A stretch of DNA of 64,000 nt, from assembly GCF_963921235.1 (NCBI RefSeq), contig NC_086120.1, forward strand, positions 30,938,001 to 31,002,000. The letters run 5' to 3'. The notes beneath the pieces are model-generated. The model ran no database searches and had not been told where the DNA came from. It was given only the letters and a program-made list of their open reading frames with translations. Within the stretch, counting starts at the first letter, position 1. Every line of letters starts with the position of its first letter. Shown here piece after piece: positions 10,631-22,078 of the stretch. The stretch is from Mobula hypostoma. Lineage: Eukaryota. Made by a program: the position numbers and the translations under genes.

Positions 10631-11474
10631 TTCCACTCTAGACCCCTGAGTTCTAGAATTCCTTTCCCTTCTTTAAAACACTTTATAAAACTTAATTAAT
10701 AGTCCTTTTGTTTGATTTCTTAGCTCAGTGTCAATTTACTGGGCAAAGATGCTCCGGAGTGAAAGGTGCTTTGCACGCAGAAAAGTTTCTCTGCTACCCT
10801 TGAAATGATGGGTTTGTGCATGAAACTAGGATGCAAAATTAGTCAAGGGTTAAAATACTTGCACTTGGAAGTCTGGGGACAAAGAATGCAATAGCACATT
10901 TGACTAGAGTTGTTTTGGTCTGCTGAAATCAGGGGGCCTCTCTGGCTGTGGTCCAACACTACCATCTGGTCAGCACCTCCCTGTTGTCTTTATAGAGATC
11001 TGTGCACTTCCTGAAACTCTGTGTTACGGCAGCCAGGGAGCAGACTTAGAATCTGGCAGGATTCCTACAGGCCCTTTTCTTCTCCCCCCCACCTCTTGCA
11101 GGCCCCCTCTGGGCAGACCGAAGGTAATCCTGACTGAAAACATACATTGTGCACCCTGATCATGTGCACACAATAATCACAGTGATTCGTGCTGGCCTAA
11201 TATGGTAAGTATTTGGGACATTCTCCACGTGTTGGCATTACATCCACAACACAGTCATAGATAGTTGAACACAGACGAGTCTCTCATGGACAAAATAGCT
11301 TACTAAATTAGGCAGTAGGTAAATTACTCAAGAATCCTTTAAAGTAATTTGAGGAGCTGAGGATCTCTTACTTTGATGGCTTGATTAGATGAACCAGAGC
11401 ATTGATTTCTGCTTTTGGTGCTCAATTGTAGGAATTCTAACATCAACTTCACTGACACTGAGCCAGGTAGGATA

Positions 11475-12341
11475 ACTTCTGTAGATGTACTGTGGAGAGC
11501 ATTCTGACAGGCTGCATCACTGTCTGGTACGGAGGGGCTACTAAAAAGGATCGAAAGAAGCTAGAGAAAGTTGTAACATTAGTCACCTCATCATGGGTAG
11601 TATCCAAGACATCTTCAAGGAGCGGTGCCTCAGAAAGGCGGCGCCCATTATTAAGGACCCCCCCCATCACCCAGGACATGCCCTCTTCTCACTGTTACCA
11701 TCAGGCAGGAGGTACAGAAGCCTGAAGGCACACACTCAGTGACTCAGGAACAGCTTCTTCCCCTCTTCCATACGATTCCTAAATGGACATTGAATCCATG
11801 AACACTCCCTCACTCCTTTTTTATTATTTCTGTTTTTGCACTATTTTTAATTTAACTATTTAATAGAAAGAAAGAAAAGGCATCTGTTAGTCTTGTGAGA
11901 CCATGGATCTGCACCTGGAAAGTCTTCACTCTCCAGGGCGCAGGCCTGGGCAAGGTTGTATGGAAGACCCGCAGTTGCCCATGCTGCAGGTCTCCCCTCT
12001 CCACGACACCGTTGTTGTCCAAGGGAAGGGTATTAGGACCCGTACAGCTTGGCACCAGTGTTGTCGCAGAGCAATGTGTGATTAAGTGCCTTGCTCAAGG
12101 ACACAACACGTTGCCTTGACTAGGGCTCGAACTCACAACCTTCAGGTCGCTAGTCCAATGCCTTAACCACTTGGCCACGTGCCCACACTTAACTATTTAA
12201 TATACATATATATATACTGACTGTATTTCATTTATTTGCTTATTTTTCTATATTTATCATGAGTTGCATTGTACTTCTGCTGCTAAGTTAACAAATTTCA
12301 CGACATATGCCGGCGATATTAAATCTGATTCTGATTCTGAT
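11475..12341 (+). mobile_element. Rex1/Babar LINE 3' fragment interrupted by a SINE
   Basis: ESILTGCITVWYGGATKKDRKKL (ORF 11492..11725). Tail aaatctgattctgattctga at about 12320-12341. Confidence 0.88.
11866..12188 (-). mobile_element. Full-length tRNA-derived SINE with CORE/Meta-like middle and RTE-type 3' half
   Basis: 14-bp TSD ttaactatttaata (11852-11865, 12189-12202). The minus strand has A box tggccaagtgg, B box agttcgagcc, tgtgtccttgagcaaggcacttaa and a (TTTC)n tail. Confidence 0.9.
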
Positions 12342-12409
12342 CATTGCGAGTTTCACCATTGGCATCTGGTGTACAGTACTTCAGACAAAGATAGATTCAG
12401 ATTCACCTG

Positions 12410-13200
12410 GAGGATTGTCTTCAGTTTTGGCTGCCACAATGTAGGAAGGATGTGATTACACTGGAGTGGGTGCAAAAGAAGATTCAAAAGAACATTGCCT
12501 GGATTGGAGGGTTTCAGTTATAAGAGATTTGATTGGTTGGAGAAAGATACTTCGGAAGAAAGGAAGGAAGGGTTAGATTGATCTTAGAGAAGAATTAAAG
12601 GTCGGCACAACATTGTGGGCTGAAGGGCCTGTACTGTGTTGTACTGATCAATGTTTTTATGCTTAAGAAACAATCTACTGGAGGATTTCACCTGGTAGGA
12701 CAGCACCTGGGAGGGAAAGGAATTGATGTTTCGGTCAAAATCCTGCATCAGGACTGAGAGTGGAGAGGGAAGCTAGCCAGTTTAAAGAGGAGGGGGCGAG
12801 TGGTGAGACAGCAGCCAGTGGGTGATTGGATAGGCTGGATTTGCTTTTCTTGGAGTGGAAGAGACTGGGCGATCACCTGACAGGGGTGTACAATATTATG
12901 GAAGGATAGATGTGGTAGATAGTAAAATTCATTTTCCCTTGATGGGGTGTCAAAAATAAAAGGGTAAATCTATGAGGTAAGAGGTTCAGGTAGGTTTTGA
13001 GGGGTGATTGGAATCTAGACTATGGAGATGGTGGAGGCAGATACCTGTACAGCGTACGTGAAGACTTTAGACAAGCACTTAAAGCTCCAAGACTTAGAAG
13101 GCTATGGACCAGATACAGGAGAATATGAGAGGAAGTACAATGGCCTGACTGGACATAGAGAGCCAAAAGCCATGTTCTTGTTCTGTATGTCTTTATTGGC
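12410..13200 (+). mobile_element. Degraded CR1 3' fragments with a nested old PLE piece (about 12665-12830)
   Basis: cagttttggctgccacaatgtaggaaggatgtgattacactggag and CR1 tails. The minus strand at about 12721-12756 reads cagtcCTGATGCaggattttgaccGAAACatc. Confidence 0.65.
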
Positions 13201-13675
13201 TCCTGGTAGAGCAATCCCAACCACTCACTCCCCTGCACTTTCCCCACAGCCAGCAACTATTCTCAAATGACTATCCGATTCCTTTTTGAAAGCACTGGTT
13301 GCGTCTGCTTCCAACATCCTCACAGGCAATGTATTCTAGACCATAGATACTCACTGATTTTTTTTTCTTCAAAACCCCTTTGTGTAGTTCGGACAAATTT
13401 TTTAACTCTTGCACCGTCCTGATCTTAAATAATCAATAATAGATACACCTTTCCGTCACAATTTTGCCCACCTCGACCAAATCTCCTCTCAACCTTCTTT
13501 GACCCTGAGCGATCAAGAGAGTTCGCCAGTCTAAGAAAATCAAAGGCTTGCAGACAATGCTTGAAACGTTAAACAGGTCAAGCAATGTGTTTGGAAAAAG
13601 AAGCAAAGTTAATGGTACACACATCAAAGTCGCTGGTGAACGCAGCAGGCCAGGCAGCATCTCTAGGAAGAGGTA

Positions 13676-13713
13676 CAGTCGATGTTTCGGGCAGAGACCC
13701 TTCGTCAGGACTA
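13676..13713 (-). ncRNA. Hammerhead ribozyme motif (left arm)
   Basis: Reverse complement: TAGTC CTGACGA AGGGTCTCTGCCC GAAAC ATC GACTG. Confidence 0.7.
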
Positions 13714-14008
13714 ACTGAAAGAAGAGCTAGTAAGAGATTTGAAAGTGGGAGGGGGAGATCCAAAATGATAGGAGAAGACAGGAGGGGGAGGGATGGAGCC
13801 AAGAGCTGGACAGCTGATTGGCAAAAGGGATATGAGAGGATCATGGGACAGGAGGCCAAAGAACCTGTCCCATGATCCTCTCATATCCCTTTTGCCAATC
13901 AGCTGTCTAGCTCTTGGCTCCATCCCTCCCCCTCCTGTCTCCTCCTATCATTTTGGATCTCCCCCTCCCCCTCCCACTTTCACATCTCTAACTAGCTCTT
14001 CTTTCAGT

Positions 14009-14046
14009 TAGTCCTGACGAAGGATCTTGGCCTGAAACGTCGACTG
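14009..14046 (+). ncRNA. Hammerhead ribozyme motif (right arm)
   Basis: TAGTC CTGACGA AGGATCTTGGCCT GAAAC GTC GACTG. Predicted cleavage after C14041. Confidence 0.75.
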
Positions 14047-14464
14047 TACCTCTTCCTAGAGATGCTGCCTGGCCTGCTGCGTTCACCAGCAACTTTGATG
14101 TGTGTGGCTTAAATTTCCAGCATCTGCAGATTTCCTCGCGTTTGCAAAGTTAATGGTGCATAGTGCAAACTCTTCATGAGACTCATCAGATCAGTGAACA
14201 TCTGTGAACAGAGAAACTGAGTTACTCATTCATCCTGAAACGTTACTTCTGCTTCTCTTTCCACAAATGCTGCCTGACCTGCTGAATGTTTCCAGTACTC
14301 TCTGCTTTTCCCTCACTAGTCCAATCTCTGAAACGAAACCTCTCATCCTGAGCACCATTCTGTAAACATCTTCTGCACTGTCACTAGTACCTCTACATCT
14401 TGTTTAAAGTGTGGCGATCAGAAATGGACACAATACTCTGGCTGTGGCCTAACTGATGTTTCAT

Positions 14465-14662
14465 ACAACATGCACAAAATGGTGGAGGAGCTCAGCAGCT
14501 CAACTATGGAGGGGAATTAACAGTTCACATTTTGTGCCGACACCCTTTATTAGGATGTCAGGACTGTTCGTCCCTTCCATGGATGCTGCCCACCCTTCTG
14601 AGTCCCTCCAGCATTTTATGTGTTGCTCAACTTTACCAGCATCTGCGGAAACTCTCGTGTCT
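14465..14662. mobile_element. Palindromic PLE-derived element (older subfamily)
   Basis: acaaaatggtggaggagctcagcag ... ctgagtccctccagcattttatgtg inverted arms with a degenerate HHR in the centre. Confidence 0.65.
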
Positions 14663-15639
14663 AACGTTTCATACAGAAGGGGAGAAACTTGTATCTGGAT
14701 ATCCGTACAGAAAATGCAACAGCATTTCTGAAATTCAGTCCAATTTTTCAGCCTGCAATGGAGGGTAAATTTTCACCATGGAGATGCAGGGTAATTACAG
14801 TTGCCCCTTTCATTTTGAAGAAGCCTGCTACATTGCAATTATAGGCAACTCAGGCACAGAACCTGCGTCATCTTTATTAATACTTTTCTGACCAAGTGCA
14901 ATGTCCGCTGGATGTTATTACAGCTGGATTGTTAAAGAGCAAATAAGAAAACTTTATTTTTCACTTAATATATTAATAGCATTCCAATAATTTCAAAATG
15001 TTAGGTTGACATATTTGTGGAGCTTTACCACATGAAATCCCAGGTGTGTCGAGGTTGTACGTGGATGGAAAGAACAAATTAAAAAAAAATACTCAGCAGA
15101 AAAGAACCTGGTGTTAGAATGAAAACTTGGTATAATTTTCCATGTTCTTTCAAAAGCCTCGTTGCTCTTGGAGTCTGACTAATGTATCAATGTAACTATT
15201 GGCAGTTCTGCTTCTGAATTCTCCACCCAGTGGCTTAGGAACCAACTGCTGTCTTGCAATATCAACACCCAGATGCCTCTTTGAATGCCAATTAGTTGCA
15301 GAGGTGAAGGAAACAATTGGCTAAAGCAACCACAGATAGTTCAAATTTTTAAAAAACCTGATAAAACAATACTAAAATCTTATGCAGAATTGATATTTCA
15401 GGTCAAAGACCACTTCATCAGTTTAAATTGGGAACTGACAAAGGATCTTCAATGCTAACTGTTTCTCTTTTATGAGGTGCTGTTGAATATTTCCAGCATC
15501 TTCTGTTTTTATTCCATGTTCAAGGCGGAGCTGTATACAGAGGTATCAAACTGACAGCCAATAGTTCGGTCAGTGAGATAGGATTTTATGACATCCTTAA
15601 ATTAGAGAAAAGAGGTAGAGTGACGAAGAGGCCAGAAAA

Positions 15640-16015
15640 GGTGCCAGAAGAAGGCCAGCATTATCACAAAGGATCCTCCCCACCCTGCTCATAGACTGTT
15701 TGTCCCACTCCCATCAGGGAAGAGGTTACAGTGACATCCTTACTAAGACCACCAGACTCAAAAACAGTTACTTACCCCCAAGAAGTCAGGCTGATCAAGA
15801 CCTCTACCCATTAACCCACCCCACCGCCACTAATTTATTATTTTCTGTTAGAGTCACTTTCTGTATAAATACTCCTGTATATAGCATCTATTTACGGACA
15901 TGCAATCAATCTACATATATAAACTAATTTTATATATTTATATTTATTGTGATTTTGTATTGTGTTCTTTATGCACACTGTATTTCTTATGCTGCATCAG
16001 ATCCAAAGTAGCAAT
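15640..16015 (+). mobile_element. Rex1/Babar-type 3' fragment
   Basis: KDPPHPAHRLFVPLPSG / TTRLKNSY-type C-terminus followed by an aataaataatcttgaatctt tail. Confidence 0.75.
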
Positions 16016-16554
16016 CATCTCATTTTCCTGTACACTTGTGTACTGAAGAATGGCAATAAATAATCTTGAATCTTAAGGTTTAGGCAGAGAATTCGGGACC
16101 TAACCAACTAAATGCTCAAAGTCAGGAGTTCAATCAAAACACTGCATGGAAATTTAATTCCAGGTTTCAAGTTAATTGGCTGTTCCCCTCAGTAATAAGA
16201 ATACACTTTGGTTACTGTTGGCAGGGACGACCTACCAGGGAGAAGCCGCAGCCAGAAGGTCTCAGGCACTGAACCTGGATCTGTGGCACAGAAGGGAAGG
16301 TGGGAGAAGAGAGAAGCTGTGGTGATGAGGGATTTGTTAGTTAGGGGAACAGAAGGGAGGTTCTGTGGATGAGAACAAGATTCCCAGATGGTTTGTTGCC
16401 TCCTGGGTGTTAGGGTCAAGGACGTCTCAGATTGAGTCTACAGCATTCTTAAAAGGGAAGGTAAGCAGACGGGAGTCGTGGTCCATGTCGATACCAATGA
16501 CATGGGTTGGATGAGTGACAAAGTTCTGAAAAGTGAATTCAGGGAGTTAGGGGC

Positions 16555-17002
16555 AAACAACAGGAATTCTGCAGATGCTGGAAATTCAAGCAACATACAT
16601 CAAAGTTGCTGGTGAACGCAGCAGGCCAAGCAGCATCTATAGGAAGAGGCGCAGTCGACGTTTCAGGCCGAGACCCTTCGTCAGGACTAACTAAAGGAAG
16701 AGTGAGTAAGGGATTTGAAAGCTGGAGGGGGAGGGGGAGATGCAAAATGATAGGAGAAGACAGGAGGGGGAGGGATAGAGCCGAGAGCTGGACAGGTGAT
16801 AGGCAAAAGGGGATACGAGAGGATCATGGGACAGGAGGCCTAGGGAGAAAGACGGGGGGGGGGTGACCCAGAGGATGGGCAAGATGTATATTTAGAGGGA
16901 CAGAGGGAGAAAAAGGAGAGTGAGAGAAAGAATGTGTGCATAAAAATGAGTAACAGCTGGGGTACGAGGGGGAGGTGGGGCCTAGCGGAAGTTAGAGAAG
17001 TT
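16555..17002 (-). mobile_element. PLE pLTR insertion in CR1 ORF1
   Basis: 14-bp TSD agggagttaggggc (16541-16554, 17003-17016). Matches the 3' part of the PLE at 21530-21960. Confidence 0.92.
16652..16689 (-). ncRNA. Hammerhead ribozyme motif, best-preserved copy
   Basis: Reverse complement TAGTC CTGACGA A GGGTCTCGGCCT GAAAC GTC GACTG: intact core, 5-bp stem I, stem II with CUCG loop, self-complementary ACGU stem III, GUC cleavage triplet. Confidence 0.82.
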
Positions 17003-18335
17003 AGGGAGTTAGGGGCTAAGTTAAAGGACAGGACCTCCAGGGTTTTGATCTCAGAATTGCTACCTATCCCACGTACTAGTGAGGTCAGAAATAGGAAGAT
17101 CATATAGTTTAACACGAGGCTAAGGAGGTGGTGCAGGAGGGAAAGCTTCAGATTTTTGGATCATTGGGCACTACTCTAGGAAAGGTGGGACCTGTACAGA
17201 AGGGACAGTTTGCACTGGAGGGACTAATATCCTAATGGGAAGGTTTGCTAGTGCTGCACAGCGGGGGTGATGGTTTAAACTAGAGTTGAGGGGGATAGGA
17301 ACCAGAGCACCAGAACAGAAGTGGTTTTGGATAAAAATGTTCTTAAGACTACACACAAGTTCAGAGATCAAAAGGTTGAGTATGGTGGGACTAACGTTCT
17401 GAGCTGTGTATATTTCAATGCATGGAGTATTGTAGGAAAGGCAGATGAGCTTAGGGCATGGATCACATGGAATTATGATATTGTAGCCACTATTGAGACT
17501 TAGTTGCAGGACGGGCAGGAATGGCAGCTCAAAGTTTTGGGGTTCCGTTGTTTTAGATGTAATAGAGCAGAATGTATTGGGGGGGTGGCTTACTAGTCAG
17601 GGAAAATGTCATGACAGTGCTCAGTCAGGGCAGACTGGAGAGCTCATCTAATGAGGGTAAGCTGAGGAATAAGAAAGGTATGACCACCTTAATGGGGGAT
17701 TAACAGTCCGCGGGATTTAGAGCAGAGAAATTGAAGAGGGATTGCAGACTGTTGCAAGAAACATAGGTTTAATCTAGTAGGTGATTTGAACTTTCCACAT
17801 GTTGACTGGGACTCCTGTACTCTAAAAGAGCTGGATGTCAAATGTGTTCAGGAAAGCTTAAATAGAAGTCCCAAACTAGAGTGAGTGCGATACTAGATCT
17901 CCTATTAGGGATAGAGGCAGGGCAGGAGACTGAAGTTTGTGTAGGGGAGCACTTTGCATCTAGTGATCATAATGCCATTAGTTTCAAGGTAATTATGGAA
18001 AAGGATAGGTCTGATTTAGATTCAAAATTGGAGAAAGGCCAATTTTGATGGTATCAGAAAGGAATTGGAAAATGTGGATTGGGGCAGGCTGTTTTCTGGC
18101 AAAGGTGTGTTAGGTATATTGGGTAAGTGGGAGGCCTTCAAAAATGAAAGTTTGAAAGTACAGAGTTTGTATGTTTCTGTCAGAATAAAAGGCAAGGATA
18201 GCAGGTTGATGGAATCTCAGTTTTTGAGAGCTTTTGAGGCTCTGGATAAGGAAAAGGAGGTTCATAGCAACAATAGGCAGGCAGGTACAAATGAGGCACT
18301 TGTGGAGTATAAGAAATTCAAGAGAACACTTAAGA

Positions 18336-18451
18336 ATATTATGTGGAGATTTGTGACAAACATGATTATATGATATATATGTACAGTATCTGAAATATAT
18401 CTTATGGAAATGTTTGATGATGAACTTCAATTAAAAAAAATTACAAAAAAA
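18336..18451 (+). mobile_element. Short poly(A)-tailed retroposon end (L1-like 3' UTR) inserted in CR1 ORF2
   Basis: AT-rich segment ending in an A-rich tail that interrupts the CR1 sequence cttaagaa|ggaaatc. Confidence 0.65.
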
Positions 18452-20298
18452 AGGAAGGAAATCAAGGCTAAAGGAAGACATGAGGTTGCTTTAGCAGACA
18501 AGGTGAAGGAGAGCTCTAAGGGCTTCTACAGATAGATAAGAGGGATAAAAGGGATAAAATTGGTCCTCTGGAAGATCAGAGTGGTAATCTATGCTGGAGC
18601 TGAAGGATTGGAGGAGATCTTAAATGAAATTTATTGCATTTGTATTTACTTGGGAGATAGACGGAGTCTATAGATGTGAAACAATGCTGCAGTGAGGACA
18701 CGGACCCTATACAGATGGCAGAGGAGGAGGTGATTGCTGTCTTGAGGAAAATTAGGGTGGATAAATCCCCAGGGCCTGACAAGGTATTCTCTTGGACCCT
18801 GTGGGAGGGAAGTGCAGAAATTGCGGGGGCCCTAGCAGAGATATTTATATCATCCTTAGTGACAGGTGAGATACTGAAGGACTGCAGGGTAGCTAATGTT
18901 GTTCCGCTGTTTAAGAAAGGGTTTAAGAATAAACCAGGAAATTATAGGCCAGTGAGGCTGACATCAGTAGTGGGAAAGTTATTGGAAGGTATTCTAATGG
19001 ACTGGATATATAAGTATTTGGTTAGACAGGGACTGATTAGGGATAGTCAACATGGCTTTGTGCATGGTAAGTTGTATCTACGCAATCTTACAGAGTTTTT
19101 CGAGGACGTTACCAGGAAAGTTGATGAAAGCAAAGCAGTGGATGTTTACATGGACTTTAGCGAGGCCTTTGATAGGGTTCCACATGGAGGGCTGGTCAGG
19201 AAGATTCAGTCATTTGGCATTAAAGATGAGATAGTAAATTGGATTAGACATTGGCTTTGTAGAAGATGCCAGAGAGTGGTTGTAGATGGTTGACTTTGTG
19301 ACTGAGAGTAGTCATGTGCCGCAGAGATCAGTGCTGGCTCCATTGCTGTTTGTCACCTACATCAGCAATGTGGATGATAATGCAGTAAACAGCATCAGCA
19401 AATTTACAGATGACACCAAGATTGGGAGTGTAGTAGACAAAGAGGAAAACTATCAAAACCTGTAGCAGGATCTGGACCAGCTGGAAAAATGGTCTGAAAA
19501 ATGGCAGATGGAATTTAATGCAAAAAAGTGTGAGGTGATACACTGTGGGAGGACCAACCAGGGTAGTCTTACACTGAGGAGTGAGGTAGAACAGGGGGAT
19601 CTGGGAATACAGATCCGTAATTCCATAAATGTGGTGTCACTGGTAGATAGGGTTGCAAAGAAAGCTTTTGGCACATTGGCCTTCATAAATCAAAGTACTG
19701 AGAACTGGAGTTGGGATGTTATGTTTTATGTTGAAATTGTATAAGACGTTGGTGAGGCGTAATTTGGAGTATTATGTACAGTTTTGGTCACCTACCGAGC
19801 GGAAAGATCTAAATAAGATTGAAAGGCTACAGAGAAAACTTACAAGGATATTGCTGGGACTTGAGGACCTGAGTTATAGGGAAAGGTTGGATAGGTAGGG
19901 ACTATTTCAAAGAATGTAGAAGACTGAGGGGAGATTTGATGGAGTACACAAAATTATGAGGGATATAGATTGGGTAAATAAAGCAGACTTTCCATTGAGG
20001 TTGTGTGAGGTTATAACTAGAGGTCATGGGTTATGGGTGAACGATGAAATATTTAAGGTAAACATGAGGAGAGAACTTTTTCACTCAGAGTGGTGAGAGT
20101 GTGGAATGAGTTGCCAGCATAAGTGGTGGACATGGGGTTAATTTCAACATCTAAGAAAAGTTTGGATAGGTACATGGATGAGAGGGGTATGGAGGTTATA
20201 GTCTCGGTGTAGGTCGATGGACTAGGCAGATTAATGGTTTGGCACTGACTAGATGGTCCAAATGGCCTGTTTCTGTGCTGTAGTGTTCTGTAACTCTG

Positions 20299-22078
20299 TA
20301 GGCATCCGTTAGTCTCGTGAGACCATGGATTTGCACCTTGCAAGGTTTCCAGAGGGCAGGCTGGCAGTTGCCCATGCTGCAAGTCTCCCCTCTCCACGCC
20401 ACTGATGTTGTCCAAGGGAAGGGCATTAGGGCCGATACAGCTTGGCACCGGTGTCGACGCAGAGCAATGCATGGTTAATGTGTGGTATCTGTCCCCCACT
20501 TTTCCTTCGCTACATCGACGACTGCATTGGCGCTGCTTCCTGCACGCATGCTGAGCTCGTTGACTTTATTAACTTTGCCTCCGACTTTCACCCTGCCCTC
20601 AAGTTTAGACACCTCCCTCCCCTTTCTAGATCTTTCTGTCTCTATCTCTGGAGATAGCTTATCCACTGATGTCTACTATAAGCCTACTGACTCTCACAGC
20701 TATCTGGACTATTCCTTACCCTATCTCTTGCAAAAATGCCATCCCCTTCTCGTAATTCCTCCGTCTCTACCGCATCTGCTCTCAGGATGAGGCTTTTCAT
20801 TCCAGGACGAGGGAGGCGTCCTCCTTTTTTAAAGAAAGGGGCTTCCCTTCCTCCACCATCAACTCTACTCTCAAACGCATCTCCCCCATTTCACGCACAT
20901 CTGCTCTCACTCCATCCTCCCACCACCCCACTAGGAATAGGGTTCCCCTGGTTCTCACCTACCACCCCACCAGCCTTCGGGTCCAACATATTATCCTCCA
21001 TAACTTCCGCCACCTCCAACGGGATCCCACCACTAAGCACATCTTTCCCTCCTCCCCTCTGCTTTCCGCAGGGATCGCTCCCTACGCGACTCCCTTGTCC
21101 ATTCGTCCCCCCCATTCCTCCCCACCGATCTCCCTCCTGGCACTTATCCATGTAAACAGAACAAGTGCTACACATGCCCTTACACTTCCTCCCTTACCAC
21201 CATTCAGGGCCCCAGACAGTCCTTCCAGGTGAGGCGACACTTCACCTGTGAGTGGGCTGGGGTGATATACTGCGTTCGGTGCTCCCGATGTGGCCTTCTA
21301 TATATTGGCGAGACCCGACACAGACTGGGAGACCACTTTGCTGAACACCTACGTTCTGTCTGCCAGAGAAAGCAGGATCTCCCAGTGGCCACACATTTTA
21401 ATCCCATTCCCATTCTGACATGTCTATCTACGGCCTCCTCTACTGTAAAGATGAAGCCACACTCAGGTTGGAGGAACAACACCTTATATTCTGTCTGGGT
21501 AGCCTCCAACCTGATGGCATGAACATTGACTTCTCTAACTTCCACTAATGCCCCACCTCCCCCTCATACCCCATCCGTTATTTATTTTTATATACACATT
21601 CTTTCTCTCACTCTCCTTTTTCTCTGTCTGTCCCTCTGACTATACCCCTTCCCCATCCTCCTGGTTCCCCCCCCCCACCTTGTCTCTCTTCCTGGGCCAA
21701 CTATCCCATGATCCTCTCATATCCCCTTTCGCCAATCACCTGCCCAGCTCTTGGCTCCATCCCTCCCCCTCCTGTCTTCTGGTATCATTTTGGATCTCCC
21801 CCTCCCCCTCCCACTTTCAAATCTCTTACTAACTCTTCCTTCAGTCTCGGCCTGAAACGTCGACTGTACCTCTTCCTAGAGACGCTACCTGGCCTGCTGC
21901 GTTCACCAGCAACTTTGATGTGTGTTGCTTGAATTTCCAGCATCTGCAGAATTCCTGTCGAATGTGTGGTTAAGTGCCTTGCTCAAGGACTTAACACAAT
22001 GCCTCGGCTGAGGCTCAAACTGGCAACCTTCAGATCACTAGACCAACGCTTTAACCACTTGGCCACACGCCAACACAA
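20299..22078 (-). mobile_element. Second copy of the tRNA/RTE-tail SINE, split by a PLE (pieces 20299-20486 and 21961-22078)
   Basis: Colinear with 11866-12188. Inserted in the CR1 tail. Confidence 0.88.
20487..21960 (+). mobile_element. Penelope-like element, 5'-truncated: RT C-terminus, GIY-YIG endonuclease, pLTR
   Basis: FLRYIDDCIG (RT), LPFLDLSV...VYYKPTDSHSYLDY (thumb), VIYCVRCSRCGLLYIGETRHRLGDHFAEH (GIY-YIG). TSD aatgtgtggt (20477-20486, 21961-21970). Frameshifted. Confidence 0.93.

Larger units (their letters stand above)
13617..14143. mobile_element. Inverted PLE pLTR dimer (3' ends outward), non-autonomous
   Basis: TSD gcaaagttaatggt (13603-13616, 14144-14157). Arms 13617-13857 and 13864-14143 are near-perfect inverted repeats around a short spacer. 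Confidence 0.93.
16178..20296 (+). mobile_element. Near full-length degraded CR1 LINE (ORF1 esterase-like, ORF2 APE and RT), with nested insertions
   Basis: ORF1 relic VVMRDLLVRGTEGRFCG..MVCCLLGVRVKDV..VVVHVDTND. APE LSCVYFNAWSIVGKADELRAWI..YDIVA. RT DKSPGPD, NYRPVRLTSVVGKLLE, SQHGF, VYMDFSEAFDRVPH (ORF 18676..19293). CR1 3' tail at about 20260-20296. Many stops and frameshifts. Confidence 0.93.

Noticed and set aside
12110-12188. tRNA gene
   Set aside because: The A/B boxes belong to a SINE head flanked by TSDs, and I see no complete cloverleaf. The same applies to the V-SINE heads.
13578-14011. Mirror-image ORFs on both strands (also at 16539-16882, 52985-53537 and 58418-58928)
   Set aside because: They are translations of non-coding pLTR sequence, duplicated by the inverted repeat.
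18676-19293. 205-aa RT ORF as a functional or domesticated gene
   Set aside because: It is a fragment of a CR1 ORF2 that is riddled with stops and frameshifts on both sides.
20442-21545. RT plus GIY-YIG nuclease as a novel defence or retron-like system
   Set aside because: This is the standard Penelope-like element ORF, frameshifted and followed by its pLTR.
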